Part shown: positions 42,020 to 53,057 of the stretch, piece after piece
Layout of the letters: every line of letters begins with the position of its first letter
Position numbering within the stretch: the first letter of the stretch is position 1
From: Candidatus Marinacidobacterales bacterium
Lineage (GTDB): Bacteria > Acidobacteriota > Vicinamibacteria > Marinacidobacterales > SMYC01
Reading direction: 5' to 3'
Length of the DNA stretch: 64,000 nucleotides
NCBI GenBank assembly: GCA_965237955.1
Contig: OZ250169.1
Coordinates: 3,840,001-3,904,000, forward strand
The notes under the pieces: generated by a model
What the model was told of the DNA's origin: nothing
Database searches by the model: none
Seen by the model: the letters and a program-made list of their open reading frames with translations, nothing else
Translations under genes and position numbers: made by a program

Positions 42020-43423
42020 CTAAGAAACTACCGCCTGAACGACGTCGCCCGTTTGAGTGTCGATGAGAGCGAAACCGAGGTCAGCGGCGCGTTGGGTCAG
42101 GCGGCGCACGGCACGGGAGCGATCTTGAGCGTTGTAGGCGGCGGCCCCGGGGTCTTGATAGACGAGCCCATCCTTGAGAGTGCGGTAGACGAGAATGGCG
42201 AGCTTTCGAGCGGTGGCGGTGATGGCTTTGGATTTACCGACGCGATAGGCGAGACGTCGATAGTAGGCGCCGAGAGCGGTCTGTGTACGCCCGAGGCTGA
42301 GTGCGGCCATGCGGAGAATGCCAGCGGCGCGGTTTGCAGAGGGTTGTGTTTTCGAGCTGAGGAGTCGCCCGCCGGAGATTTTGTTATTGGGCGCGAGGGT
42401 AAGCCAGGAAGTGAAGTGCTTTTCAGTAGGCCATCGGTTCATATCGGTGCCGATCTCGGCGAGCAAGCGAAGCGCGAAATAGGGTCCGATGGCGTCGATC
42501 TGGGAGAGGTCGACCCCGGCGATCTGGTGGAGGAGAGGCCAGAGCTCGAACCGAGGTTCGTTCACTCGGGGCTTGCGCGATTTTCGAGGCGGTGGCAAGG
42601 AGGTGTTCGGGGTTGAGCGTTGAGCTAGAAGCTGCAGGTGCGATTCGATGGCCACGTCACAGGTTTGGATCTGGAGCTGAAAAGCATCAAAGAGTTCGAG
42701 GTTCTGCTTGAGAGCGAAGAGGTGCTCGGGGCGATAGTTGCCGGTGAGTGCAGCGGCGATCTCGGCCTCGGAGGACTGACAACGGTGGTCACGGTGCTTG
42801 GCGAGCCGATGGGGGTCGGTTTGTCCGGCAACGATGTCTCGTAGAATCCGCATGCCAGTGACACCCGTGATATCAGTGACCACAAGGTGGAGTTGAAGAT
42901 TCATTTGCACGAGAGCCTTCTGCATGCGCTGGATATGGGTTACCGCACTCTGAACGAGAGTCTCTCGGTGGCGGAGGTAGCCACGCAGGGCGGTGATGGC
43001 TGCTTCGGGTCGAAAGCTTCCGCGGAGCAACCCCACGCTGTGCAACTCCCGGAGCCATTCGCAATCGCTGACATCGCTCTTGCGCCCCGGGACGTTTTTG
43101 ACGAGGCGCGCGTTGACCAAGAGGACCTGGAAGCCACGGGCTTCGAGGATTTCATACAGGGCGATCCAGTAGACGCCGGTCGACTCCATCGCGACGCTCG
43201 TCACGCCGCAAGTCGCGAGCCAGTCGGCGAGCCGATGAAGATCGGCCGTGAAACTCCTGAAGGAACGGACCGGTTTAGGATCGCGCTCCGGTGGAACTGC
43301 GACGAAATGCTCGGCCGAGCCGCAATCGATCCCAGCGACATTCACGTTGATTTGCTTCAGGAGGGATGGAGAAGTCCGCTTCTTGGGTTGACGACGATTG
43401 TGCTTCATCAGATGCTCCTTCAT
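42020..43423 (-). CDS. IS110 family transposase/recombinase
   Basis: AGIDCG, AMESTGVYW, GRKSDVSDC, ISGG, ATARKL. Confidence 0.93.
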   Translation of the reverse strand: MKEHLMKHNRRQPKKRTSPSLLKQINVNVAGIDCGSAEHFVAVPPERDPKPVRSFRSFTADLHRLADWLATCGVTSVAMESTGVYWIALYEILEARGFQVLLVNARLVKNVPGRKSDVSDCEWLRELHSVGLLRGSFRPEAAITALRGYLRHRETLVQSAVTHIQRMQKALVQMNLQLHLVVTDITGVTGMRILRDIVAGQTDPHRLAKHRDHRCQSSEAEIAAALTGNYRPEHLFALKQNLELFDAFQLQIQTCDVAIESHLQLLAQRSTPNTSLPPPRKSRKPRVNEPRFELWPLLHQIAGVDLSQIDAIGPYFALRLLAEIGTDMNRWPTEKHFTSWLTLAPNNKISGGRLLSSKTQPSANRAAGILRMAALSLGRTQTALGAYYRRLAYRVGKSKAITATARKLAILVYRTLKDGLVYQDPGAAAYNAQDRSRAVRRLTQRAADLGFALIDTQTGDVVQAVVS

Positions 43424-43429
43424 ACTTCG

Positions 43430-43590
43430 TGAAGCATCCGGGAACAGGGATGGGCATTCGTTACATTCTCCTAAACGGGATCACGCTCACGCGTGTCACC
43501 ACTGACAGTGCCGAAACATCCCCGGGCCATGCTTAGTTACGGGCTGGATCGCACCAGTGTTGAGTCGGCCTCGGTTCCCGGATGCTCCCG
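43430..43590 (-). ncRNA. Putative bridge/seek RNA in IS110 leader
   Basis: 13-bp perfect closing stem 43433-45/43574-86; internal segments match element-flank DNA. Confidence 0.6.
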
Positions 43591-44055
43591 CTATTGTATG
43601 AAACGGACGCTCCATGCAGCACTGGAGTTTCTACCCAGATAGATCGCGAGCCCTGCGCGTACGATGCTTAGTTGAAACTCTCCACGGCTCAGGGTTCGTT
43701 TATAGTAATGATGGTTTACGCGGGTCGTGGATGCGCGAGTAGAGTCGAGGAGGCGGGAGGAGAGTCACCGCGCCGGGGAGCAGCGCGTCCGCCGAAGATG
43801 GTTCCCCGAAGTGCCTCGGGCGTCGCACGAGCGTTTTTTTTGGAGCCATCCGTCCCCAACGTGAGGAAGGAAGATGACGATGTCAGGTCGTACGCTTTCT
43901 TCTTCCCCGGAGCTCGGCTCCCACACATACCTTGCGTATCGTCCTTTGAGCCACGGGGCTCGGGGGACGCTCGGTCCTCCGAGCCTGGAGGTTGCTGTAC
44001 GCCGGTCAGTCGAGATTTCGTATTAATCGTTCCCAGCTCTTCTCGAGGAGGAAGC

Positions 44056-46188
44056 ATGATGAAGCGATCCCGGATCGGTTGTTGCGTCCTGGCTCTAGCG
44101 GCCCTCTTAGGAGTCGCGTCCGCCGGCTCCGCGCAGATGACGGGCCTCGAGAACGGGGAGTGGCATTACCTGGGCGGCGACGCCGGGCACACCCGGTCCA
44201 ATCCGCAGCTGAAACAGATCAACGCGTCCAACTTCTCCGATCTACAGGTAGCCTGGACCTGGCGGGGGGACAACTTCGGGCCGAGCGTCGAGTACACGTT
44301 CCGGTCCACGCCGGTCTTCGTGGACGGTGTGTTGTACACGGTCGTCGGTCAGCGGCGGCAGGTGGCGGCGATCGCCGCCGCCACGGGCGAGACGCTCTGG
44401 GTATTCCGGGAGCCCGAGACGATGAGGTATCTGCGCTCGCCGAGGACGGACTTCGGAAAGGGCATCGCCTACGCGGAGGTGGACGGACGGGGCGTGATCT
44501 ACTTCACGTCGCCCGCCTTCTTCCTCTGGGCGCTGGACGCCAAGACCGGGCGGCCCCTGGAGGACTGGGGTACGCTCGTACCGTTGGAGGATTTCTCCCG
44601 GACCGGCGTCGTTGATCTGATACCGGACCTCGTGGCGGACTGGGAGCCCTGGCTGACCCGGACGACCGGGCCGTACGACCCGGACCACGGGATCCCGAGG
44701 CAGCTGGGCATGGTCACCAGCTCGTCGCCGCCCATCGTGGTGAACGGGGTGGTCGTGGTGCTTGTCGGCCACGAGCCCAGCTATGACCAGACCCGGATCG
44801 AGAACGTCCCCGGCGACATCATGGGCTACGACGGCAGAACCGGAGAGCACCTCTGGAAGTTCCACGTCATCCCGCGGCCCGGCGAGTTCGGCCACGACAC
44901 GTGGGAGAACGACGCCTGGCGGTGGTCGGGCGACATGTCGTCGTGGGCTCCCGCGTCCGCCGACCCGGAGTTGGGGCTCGTGTACATCGTGACGAACGCC
45001 TCGACCGTCCAGTCGTACGCGGGCCATCGCCCGGGCCACAACCTCTTCGGCGGCAGCGTCCTCGCGTTGGACGTCAGGACGGGCGAGCGGAGGTGGCACT
45101 TCCAGATCCACCACAGTGACCAGTGGAACTACGACATTCCCGCCGCGCCCATCCTGATGGATCTCACGGTGGACGGACAGCGAATCCCCGCGTTGATCCA
45201 GAACACGAAGCAGGGCCTCATCTTCGCGTTGAACCGGGAGACCGGTAAGCCGATCTGGCCTATCGAGGAGCGCCCGGTCATGCAGACCCAGGTCCCCGGC
45301 AATTATACGGCGCCCACGCAACCCTACCCGACCCGGCCGGAACCGCTGGACCCCATCGTATGGAACGGGATCACCGACGAGTTCGTGATGGACTACACGC
45401 CGGAGCTGAGGCGGCGCGCCATGGAGATCCTGAGCGAATTTCGGGTCGGGGGCCTCTACGTACCGCCGCTCCCCTATCCCCACAACAACGACTACCGCAA
45501 CGTTGTCGGCTGCAGGGGCGGGTTGAACATGTACCATCCGCCGGTTGCGGATCCGACGACGGGAATCATGTACGCGTCGCACAGGCGGGGCTGCAGCGCC
45601 CCCTCGTTCCTGGTGCCCACGAACGGGGAGGACGTGGAGCGGGGGTTGCCCGGACTGAGTGCGGTGAGCTGGAGGGGGCGGGAGCGGCATACGTCCACCA
45701 CAGGTACCACGGTCGCAGCGTGGGCGCCCGGCGGCCGCCGCGCGTTTCTGCCGCTTATCGAGGGCCTGCCGGTCTACAAGCCTCTGTACCAAGGGCTCGC
45801 CGCCTACGACATGAACACGGGCGAAAAGCTCTGGGACATTCCGGTCGGCGAGACTCCCGAGCGGATCAGGAACCACCCTCTTTTGTCGGGAGTGGATATT
45901 CCCAATACGGGAGGAACCGGCAACTCCATCCAGATGGTCGTGGGCGACCTCTTGTTGCAAACCATGGAGGACCTGCGGGGCGATGCCGAAGTGAGCGAGA
46001 ACGGCATGCCGCTCCTGCATGCCCGCGACAAGCGGACGGGTGAGATCCTGGCGAGCGTCGAGCTCCCGATACCCGGCCAGTACGGGATGATGACCTACAT
46101 GCACGAAGGAAAGCAGTACATCGTGGTGCAGGCGGGCAGCGCGAAACGCAACCAGCCGGGCTCGCTGGTGGCGCTGACGCTGCCGTAG
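44056..46188 (+). CDS. PQQ-dependent dehydrogenase (glucose/quinate-type)
   Basis: WHYLGGD, QINASN, SSPPIV, WHFQ..HSDQWNYD, PIWPIEER, MTYMHEGKQYIV; GAGGAGG RBS. Confidence 0.9.
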   Translation: MMKRSRIGCCVLALAALLGVASAGSAQMTGLENGEWHYLGGDAGHTRSNPQLKQINASNFSDLQVAWTWRGDNFGPSVEYTFRSTPVFVDGVLYTVVGQRRQVAAIAAATGETLWVFREPETMRYLRSPRTDFGKGIAYAEVDGRGVIYFTSPAFFLWALDAKTGRPLEDWGTLVPLEDFSRTGVVDLIPDLVADWEPWLTRTTGPYDPDHGIPRQLGMVTSSSPPIVVNGVVVVLVGHEPSYDQTRIENVPGDIMGYDGRTGEHLWKFHVIPRPGEFGHDTWENDAWRWSGDMSSWAPASADPELGLVYIVTNASTVQSYAGHRPGHNLFGGSVLALDVRTGERRWHFQIHHSDQWNYDIPAAPILMDLTVDGQRIPALIQNTKQGLIFALNRETGKPIWPIEERPVMQTQVPGNYTAPTQPYPTRPEPLDPIVWNGITDEFVMDYTPELRRRAMEILSEFRVGGLYVPPLPYPHNNDYRNVVGCRGGLNMYHPPVADPTTGIMYASHRRGCSAPSFLVPTNGEDVERGLPGLSAVSWRGRERHTSTTGTTVAAWAPGGRRAFLPLIEGLPVYKPLYQGLAAYDMNTGEKLWDIPVGETPERIRNHPLLSGVDIPNTGGTGNSIQMVVGDLLLQTMEDLRGDAEVSENGMPLLHARDKRTGEILASVELPIPGQYGMMTYMHEGKQYIVVQAGSAKRNQPGSLVALTLP

Positions 46189-46366
46189 CCGGGTACTTTC
46201 GGCGCACATATTGGTGCTTCAACCGAGTTAGGTGTGCGCTCCCGACTGCTCGACAACCGGCTAGGCATCGAGGTCGTGACCTACCCGACCGGGACCCGCC
46301 GATCAGGATGCACGGAATCTGAAGCGTGCCGTCGCGGCCGGCTGCTTCATCGGAAAATACTCGGGC

Positions 46367-46864
46367 TCACGTCGCCGGGCCGCAGCTCAGCGGCGGCGTT
46401 TCAGACGGAGAAGCGAAATGCAACGACAATTCATCATTGTGAGTGCGTTGGCAGACAGGACATCGATGGACGTAGCGCCACTCGCGTCGGATTCTTTTGG
46501 GTGATGCAGGCTTGGCGAGGCTTTTCGGTACGGGAAGGCGCGTTTTGGGCTCGTAGCTGGCGGCGCGCATGAGGGCTTTCCATTCGGGACCGTGGGGGCG
46601 AATCCGGTCGCCGTGGCGTTCTCGCGCGGCGAGGTGGGCGAGCTCGTGGCAGAGCACCTCGTCGAGAAGCGTGGGCTCGGCGGACTCGAGATAGGACGCG
46701 ATGCGGATGAGGTATCGTCGCGGGTAGCAGCGGCCGAGGCTTCGGGTGAGACGCGGGCTCCATTCGATTGCGGCTCGTTGGGTGAGCTCCGGGGTCTTCC
46801 AGACGTCGAGCCATTCATCGAGGGCGCGGATGGTGACGCTCGAGAGGGGAACGTGATTGGCCAC
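46367..46864 (-). CDS. SprT-like protein
   Basis: HELAH, HGPEWKALM, C-terminal HRCPVC. Confidence 0.75.
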   Translation of the reverse strand: MANHVPLSSVTIRALDEWLDVWKTPELTQRAAIEWSPRLTRSLGRCYPRRYLIRIASYLESAEPTLLDEVLCHELAHLAARERHGDRIRPHGPEWKALMRAASYEPKTRLPVPKSLAKPASPKRIRREWRYVHRCPVCQRTHNDELSLHFASPSETPPLSCGPAT

Positions 46865-47000
46865 GGAGAAGCTAACACGGAGGGTCGGTGTCGCTCGGTG
46901 CCGGCGCCCTCGCTTCCAGGATGCCCATTAATCTCGCCGGGGAGGGAGGATAACCGACGGGTTTCTCGTCTCTATCTCATCAAGGAGGTAGAATGACGAT

Positions 47001-47597
47001 ATGGCCAATATGGCAACGGACACGCGCGCTGTTGCTCAGCGCCGGTTTACGGTCGAGGAGTACCACCTCATGGCGGAGACGGGAATCTTGTCTCCGGTCG
47101 AGCGGGTCGAGCTCGTCCGAGGGGCGGTGTGGAAGGTGAGCCCCAGGAATCGCCGTCATGTCATCGCGACCCGGCGCGTCTTCAACTTTTTCCTCGAGAG
47201 GCTCGAAGGCAGAGCGAGCGTCTATAAAGAAGACCCGCTCGTATTGAAGGAGCTCGATTCGGAGCCAGAGCCCGATGTGCTAGTTTGCTCGAACCCGGAC
47301 TTCGAAGCTTACGGGACTGAAGCCACGAAGCCGCTGCTCGTGGTCGAGGTGGCGGAGTCGTCACTGCGGGACGACCTTGGCGACAAGGCGGCGCTTTATG
47401 CCGAGGCTGGAATCCCGGAGTATTGGGTAGTGAACCTGGTCGACCGAGTCCTCGTGGTGTTTCGAGAACCTGGTGACGGGAGCTACCGGACACGCTTTAC
47501 GCTCGAGCCGGGCGCGCGCGTCGCGCCGGGGTCGTGGCCGGATTTGGAGCTCGATATCGCATCGCTCTTTTCGGAAGGGGCCGAAAGAGGCCGGTGA
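47001..47597 (+). CDS. Uma2 family endonuclease
   Basis: RRFTVEEY, EPEPD, LVVEVA.SS, YAEAGIPEYWVV. Confidence 0.9.
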   Translation: MANMATDTRAVAQRRFTVEEYHLMAETGILSPVERVELVRGAVWKVSPRNRRHVIATRRVFNFFLERLEGRASVYKEDPLVLKELDSEPEPDVLVCSNPDFEAYGTEATKPLLVVEVAESSLRDDLGDKAALYAEAGIPEYWVVNLVDRVLVVFREPGDGSYRTRFTLEPGARVAPGSWPDLELDIASLFSEGAERGR

Positions 47598-47599
47598 AA

Positions 47600-48637
47600 T
47601 CCCCGCGCGCGCGGGCTGAGTTTTCGGCTCGACGCTCTGTTCACGTGGGTCCGAAGCACAGGCGCGAACGGTATCCATCCAACCTTCTAGCTCCACGCCT
47701 GTGGGCTTGGCCCGTTGTCGAATGCCGCTCCCCACGATCGTTTCCTGAGCGCCTCCGAGTCGTTGCCGGGTCGAGGGTCTCCGTATGTTGTCCCATGGGG
47801 CGAGTCCGAATACTTCTGGGAGGGCGCGAGTCCGCCTAGACGGTTTGAGCTCTTTACGGGTGGTAGTCCTCTTGGGGCGATTGCGCCCGTGGCGGCTTCG
47901 AAATGGAAATCGTTTCCGCCCGAGCTTTCGGAATCGCTGGCAGATCGCCTGCGCAGCACCTCTTCCGTCGACGTTTCGGTGGATGGAGGACCGCGGGCTA
48001 CCCTCCTCATTCGCGAAGAGGGGATGGCTCAAAAGCCATCTATATTAATGATGCTCAGTGCTGAGGAAATCCTTCGCGACTGGTCGCCGCTTCTTTCCGT
48101 TGAGCAGCGACAGGCCTTTCTGGCCGACAAGGCGCAGGAGCTCATGGTGCGGGAAGGCATTCTTGCAGAGCGCACCGATCCGCTCCGGACCGTCTTTAGC
48201 ATGTTTGACCGTTTTCCCGCGGTCTTCTACAGAGGGCCACGCGTTCTCGATGCTGCGCGAGCACGTCGTCGCCGCTATCGAGGCCGGACGGGAAAAAGAA
48301 GCGGTCTATCGATTGTTCGGGGAGAAGTACGACCCGCTGCCTTCGCTCATTCGAACCGTACTCGGGGATCAGGAGGGAGATGTCGTCAATCGCCACATCA
48401 CCCTGCTTCCGGCCCTAGATAAGACACGTTGCGCCAGCTCGAGAATGCGTATGCCCCTTCTTTCAGCAGCACCGCAGGGAACGGAAAGAACTTCGTCAAC
48501 AACTCCACCACGTCGAAGCGTTGAAAAAAGACTTCGCGTTCGGAAACCGTGAGCTTCAGGGAGAGTTCATCAGCTGGTTCGAGCGGATGTTTTTTGCCGA
48601 CATGAGGCCGGCAGGCCAGGCTGAGGTTAGACCCGAT
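47600..48637 (+). pseudogene. Degraded hypothetical gene upstream of helicase
   Basis: Fragmented frames (LLIREEGMAQKPS, LSAEEILRDW, FDRF, EFISWFE). Confidence 0.4.
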
Positions 48638-49830
48638 ATGCGGAACATAGAGCCCGTTTCGCTCAAGACCGCTCGCAAGCTCATCGATTTTGGCAGCGGC
48701 GTCATGTCGAAGGGACTTGCCGAGGAACAACTCCAGGGGGGCGGTCTCCTTGCACAACATTCTCAACCAGCGCGGCTTTGCGTACCTCGCTGACGAAGTC
48801 GGGATGGGAAAGACGTACGTTGCGCTCGGCGTTCGTGGGGCTTTTGCGGTTCTTTCATCCTCATGTTCGCATTCTCTACATCACGCCGCGGGAGAACATT
48901 CAGCTCAAGCGGAGAAAGGAGCTCCACAATTTCGTAAGGAACGACTGGAAGTGGACGGACCCGCGGGTCAATAGCATCCAGGGCATCCAGGAATCCCCGC
49001 TGGTGGATGTGGCGGTCTGCGGCAATCTGGCCGATTGGGCCCGGCAGGCGGTGCGTGCACCGGACCGGGACTTTCTCCTTCGGTGAGTATGACGAGCTTC
49101 AGCTTTCCCCTGAGCAACGACTCTCGACAGTGGCGGGAGAAGCGCAAAGAGATTTTGCGGCTCGCTTTCTTTTTGGAGCGCTCCGCGATGGACCTGCGTG
49201 ACAAGGAGACGTTCAAGTACACCTACGCGCAGGCGGTGAGCGCGCTTTTGCCTCATTACGACCTCGTGGTGCCCGAGCGCTCAAGACGAAGCGCATAACT
49301 TCAAGCACGGGCGGAAGTCCCACGCCGCGAGAAATCGCGTACTGCGACAAGTGCTCGGCCTCGGTGAAGAGGCGTTCGAGCCGCGTGTGCCGAACTATTC
49401 GCCGCGGTTCGATCGGGTGCTTCTTTTATCCGCGACGCCTCTCGAGAATGATTACGAGCAGCTGTGGCGGCAGCTCGACCTCTTTGGATTTGGTCAGTCT
49501 GTCAAAGATTTGTGCGACCCCGAGTTGGAGACACCGGAGAAGAAAGAGATTGCCTCGGGCTTTCTCGCGCGGCGGTTCATTACTCACTGGGCTACGGATT
49601 GGGGGCGAGCTCCATACGAAGAACATGTATCGGCGGGAGTGGCGGGGAGGAGGCTGCGACCAACACGACGACCCGCTCGAGGTGCCTGACGACCGGCAGC
49701 GACTCATCGTCGCTCTGGTGCAGAAGAAAGTGGCCGAGGTTCTTCAGGATGAGCGATTTGGGGCCAGCTTTCAGATGGGGATGCTGGCATCGTTCGAGAG
49801 TTTTTTTCGAACGGCCAGTCGAGCACGGCG
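48638..49830 (+). pseudogene. SF2 (SNF2-like) helicase, multiply frameshifted, truncated
   Basis: AYLADEVGMGKTYVALG, DEAHNFKHG, VLLLSATP. Confidence 0.75.
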
Positions 49831-49980
49831 AAGCTTGGAAAACGTTCGACGCTTACTCCTGTTGTCTCTGACGTTCGTCCACAGGTTCGCGCTATACGCG
49901 CTACGTCGGCGGCGCCGCGTGCGTGGTGTGCTCTCGGCGCGTTAAGATGACCCCAGTTGGCATTCAGAGGAGAAACTTTT

Positions 49981-50994
49981 ATGCGTATCACTTCGACCAG
50001 GCTGTCCCTCGGTCTCGTCATCTCTCTCGCTTCCGCGCTGCTCTCGACGCCGTCGTTCGCCCAGACGACGCACGAATTCGAGGCGACGACCTATTACAAC
50101 ACCTTCTCGTTCGCCCACCCGCCGGCGCTCCGGATCAGCCCGGGCGACCGCGTCGTGACCAAAACGATTGACGCAGGCGGCAGCGACGAGCACGGAAACA
50201 AGGTCGCGTCCGGCCCGAACCCGCAGATCGGGCCGTTCTACATCGAGGGCGCGGAGCCGGGCGACGTCCTGGTCGTGCGATTCGAGAAGATCGAGCCGAA
50301 CCGGGACTCGGCGTATTCGAGCACGGTGCTTGCGCCTTACGCCGCCGACCCGGCGTTTCTTCGATACGAGGGGCTCAACGAGCAGCAGCGCGAGATCTGG
50401 GAAGTGGATCGCGATAACCGCGTGGCTCGCCCGACGACGCCCGCCCTGCGCGCGCAGGGAATCGAAATGCCGTTCCGTCCCATGCTCGGGTGCGTCGGTG
50501 TGGCACCGCCCCGCAAGGAAGCGGTCAGGACCGCGACACCCGGGGAGTTCGGCGGCAACCTCGATTACTTCGGCATGGTTGCCGGGGTGAAGGTGATGCT
50601 GCCGGTCTTCGAGCCGGGCGCGCTGCTGTTCATCGGCGACGGTCATGCGCGACAGGGTGAAGGTGAGGTGGTCGGCAATGCGCTCGAGATTTCCATGGAC
50701 GTCGAGTTCTCGGTCGACTTGATCAAGGACAAGGAGATCGGCTGGCCGCGGCTCGAGACGGACGATTACATCATCGTGCTCGGGAGCGCGCGGCCGCTGC
50801 TGCAGGCCCTCCAGCACGCGACGACCGAGCTGCAGCACTGGCTGATGGACGACTACGGCTACGACGAGCGCGGCTCGTCGCTGCTGATGGGACACGCGCT
50901 GGAGTACGATGTGGTCCAGGTCGTCGACCCGCACTTCACGATCGCCGCGAAGATGCGGAAGGAGTTTCTAACTGCGCCTCGCACTTCGCGGTGA
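49981..50994 (+). CDS. Acetamidase/formamidase family protein
   Basis: GPFYIEGAEPGD, PMLGCVGVAP, GGNLD, GDGHARQGEGEV. Confidence 0.9.
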   Translation: MRITSTRLSLGLVISLASALLSTPSFAQTTHEFEATTYYNTFSFAHPPALRISPGDRVVTKTIDAGGSDEHGNKVASGPNPQIGPFYIEGAEPGDVLVVRFEKIEPNRDSAYSSTVLAPYAADPAFLRYEGLNEQQREIWEVDRDNRVARPTTPALRAQGIEMPFRPMLGCVGVAPPRKEAVRTATPGEFGGNLDYFGMVAGVKVMLPVFEPGALLFIGDGHARQGEGEVVGNALEISMDVEFSVDLIKDKEIGWPRLETDDYIIVLGSARPLLQALQHATTELQHWLMDDYGYDERGSSLLMGHALEYDVVQVVDPHFTIAAKMRKEFLTAPRTSR

Positions 50995-51431
50995 ACTGTA
51001 CACGCCGTCATGCGGGCGGCAAGAATGGTGGGACCAATACGAAGCGGCGCGGCGCAAGAAGAGGCGACGGACGCAAGTGGCGGGCGATGAGCTCGACCCG
51101 GTGGAGGCGGAGGGCACTGATTCCGACGCGCTTCATGTAGGCCACGAGGACGTCGAGGATCCTGGCGGAAACGATACGTTCTTTGCTTGGTTCTTTCGCG
51201 GAGATGGACCGGCGGGGTGGCTCTCGGGTGCGGCGTTTTACGCACGAACAGGTGGACGTTGATACGACGCTCACCGTGGTTCTTGAGAGCCTGGCCCACC
51301 TTGCCCGTCTTCGGCGTCCGGTTCGGACTCTGCCACTGGAACCCCGTCGGCGATAGAAACTGGTCGTCGTAGCGATGATGCTCCTCGCGCTGGCCGGATT
51401 TTCTCTGAGGGGAACCGCTTAGCCGCTTGCT

Positions 51432-51655
51432 TCAGCGTTGGGTCGCTCGGATACCGGCGGCCCGTTGATCCAGTGTTTCGGCTTCTTTGTCCCGTTTGGT
51501 GGCTCGATACATCTTCGCCAAGTTCTCAAGGCTCCTCGCCACAGCGGGATGATCCGGGCCGAGGGCCTTCTCCCATATCGCCAGCGAGCGTTTGTAGAGT
51601 GGCTCGGCCTGTGCGTACTGGCCTTGTGTTTCGTAGAGCAAAGCCAGGTTGTGGC
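51432..51655 (-). pseudogene. TPR-repeat fragment
   Basis: QGQYAQAEPLYKRSLAIWEKALGPDHP..SLENLA. Confidence 0.75.
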
Positions 51656-51879
51656 CAACAATCTGTTGCGCCGGCGCCCCGGGAGTCTGATGGTGGTGCG
51701 TTCACCAGGACAGGTGACACCTGCACCACCGTCTAAGGATGGTACCTAAGAAGGGCTTAGAGCCTTCATTCCTAATAGGGCAAGATCGCTTGCCTTATTT
51801 CCTGCCTTATTACTCGAGGGAAATAGGGAGTGGCACTAGCAGCCGCATGCTGTGCGCGTGGGTAAAGAAGAAATGCGTC

Positions 51880-52030
51880 GGCACAGCGCAATCGCCGCAC
51901 TGATTTCTTCGATTTCATCTGCGCGTAGGTTTCCGAGCTTCGATGTAAACCGCCCCACGGACACCGACTTGACCTGGAAGCGATCCGCCGCCGACGGCTT
52001 TGCTAGGCCGTTTGTAGCGTTTTCGGGTGC
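51880..52030 (-). pseudogene. PemK/MazF toxin C-terminal fragment
   Basis: NGLAKPSAAD.FQVKSVS..RF..KLG.L..I..AIAL. Confidence 0.55.
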
Positions 52031-52058
52031 GGCGCCACCACATGACTCGCTGTCGTTC

Positions 52059-52500
52059 TCAACCGCGAGCAACGCCAAACAGCACCAGCAACGCGACGAT
52101 CAGGGCGCCGACTACGAAGGGCCAGACGCGGAATCGAGAGCCGGATTCCGCCGCACTCAAATCGGCAAGCAGTTCCTCCACTGTCTGGTAGCGATCGAGC
52201 CGGCTTACCTCGAGACATCGGAAGACCGTTTTTCGAATCGAGGACGGAATCCCTCGACTCAGACGAACCGGTGTGCGGCGCCGCCCCACGAGCTTTCGAA
52301 GGAACCCGCGGAGCGAGCTTTCCGGCCGATACGGAAGCTTTCCGGTCAGCGTTTCGTAGAACACGATACCGAAGGACCAGATGTCGGACCGCTCGTCGGC
52401 GCGGTCTCCCCGCGCTTGCTCTGGGGACATATAAGCGGGCGTCCCCATGATGCGGCCGAGCTCGGTGATCGCGACACCCTCGTCCGAGACGATGCCGAGG
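52059..52500 (-). pseudogene. Ser/Thr kinase C-terminal fragment
   Basis: [29 protein letters not shown]. Confidence 0.75.
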
Positions 52501-52519
52501 GCCACCATTTGCCGCCGAG

Positions 52520-53057
52520 CACGTTTGGCGAGACGCGCGAGCGCGCTCTTGGGAGCGTTGTGCCCGGACTGAAGACCATGAAGGATCCATAGCAGATCAC
52601 CGCGCGCCTTCATCGGCACTCTTTCGAACACCTATCCGACCACCAAGCCCGACTCGAGAGTGAAGATGCGAAAGAGCTTCTCGAACCGTGGATCGCGTGG
52701 AAGCAGTCCCTCGTTGATGGCGAATATCTTGGTGAAGAAAGCAAAGGCGACCGACTGATAACCGATGAACACCGCCAGGGCAGCGTACAACAATGTATGT
52801 ACGTCGAAAGAAACCCCGGCGACCTCCCGAGGCCCCGGGAGTATCCACAGACCGACGCTCAGACCAGCCACCATGAGCAGCAAGCCGGGGTACAGGAAGA
52901 GCCACCGCGGACTATAGAGGAACAGGAAGCGCAAGTGGCGCCACCCGTCGCTCCAGGTTCGTAAATGGGGGCGGCGGCTGCGACCGTCGGGAAAAAGCGG
53001 TGTGGGAACTTCCGTGATACGCATTCCGAGCAGAGTCGCCTTGACCATCATCTCGGT
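52520..53057 (-). pseudogene. Glycosyltransferase family 2 C-terminal fragment
   Basis: EMMVKA..EVPT..PDGR..HLRTWSDGWRHLRF; cut by IS5. Confidence 0.75.

Larger units (their letters stand above)
42012..43665 (-). mobile_element. IS110-family element (ends approximate)
   Basis: DEDD recombinase plus ~240-bp non-coding leader; no TSD or terminal IR evident. Confidence 0.75.

Noticed and set aside
43956-43985. REP-like hairpin GGCTCGGGGGAC..GTCCTCCGAGCC
   Set aside because: Single occurrence; cannot be distinguished from a chance GC-rich stem.
44242-46209. Long antisense ORFs (also 9334-10776, 3084-4433, 49942-50934, 62874-63989)
   Set aside because: Shadow frames of high-GC genes with no recognisable motifs.
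51756-51840. AT-rich ~85-bp segment with weak inverted ends, possible MITE
   Set aside because: IR match is poor and there is no second copy in the window.
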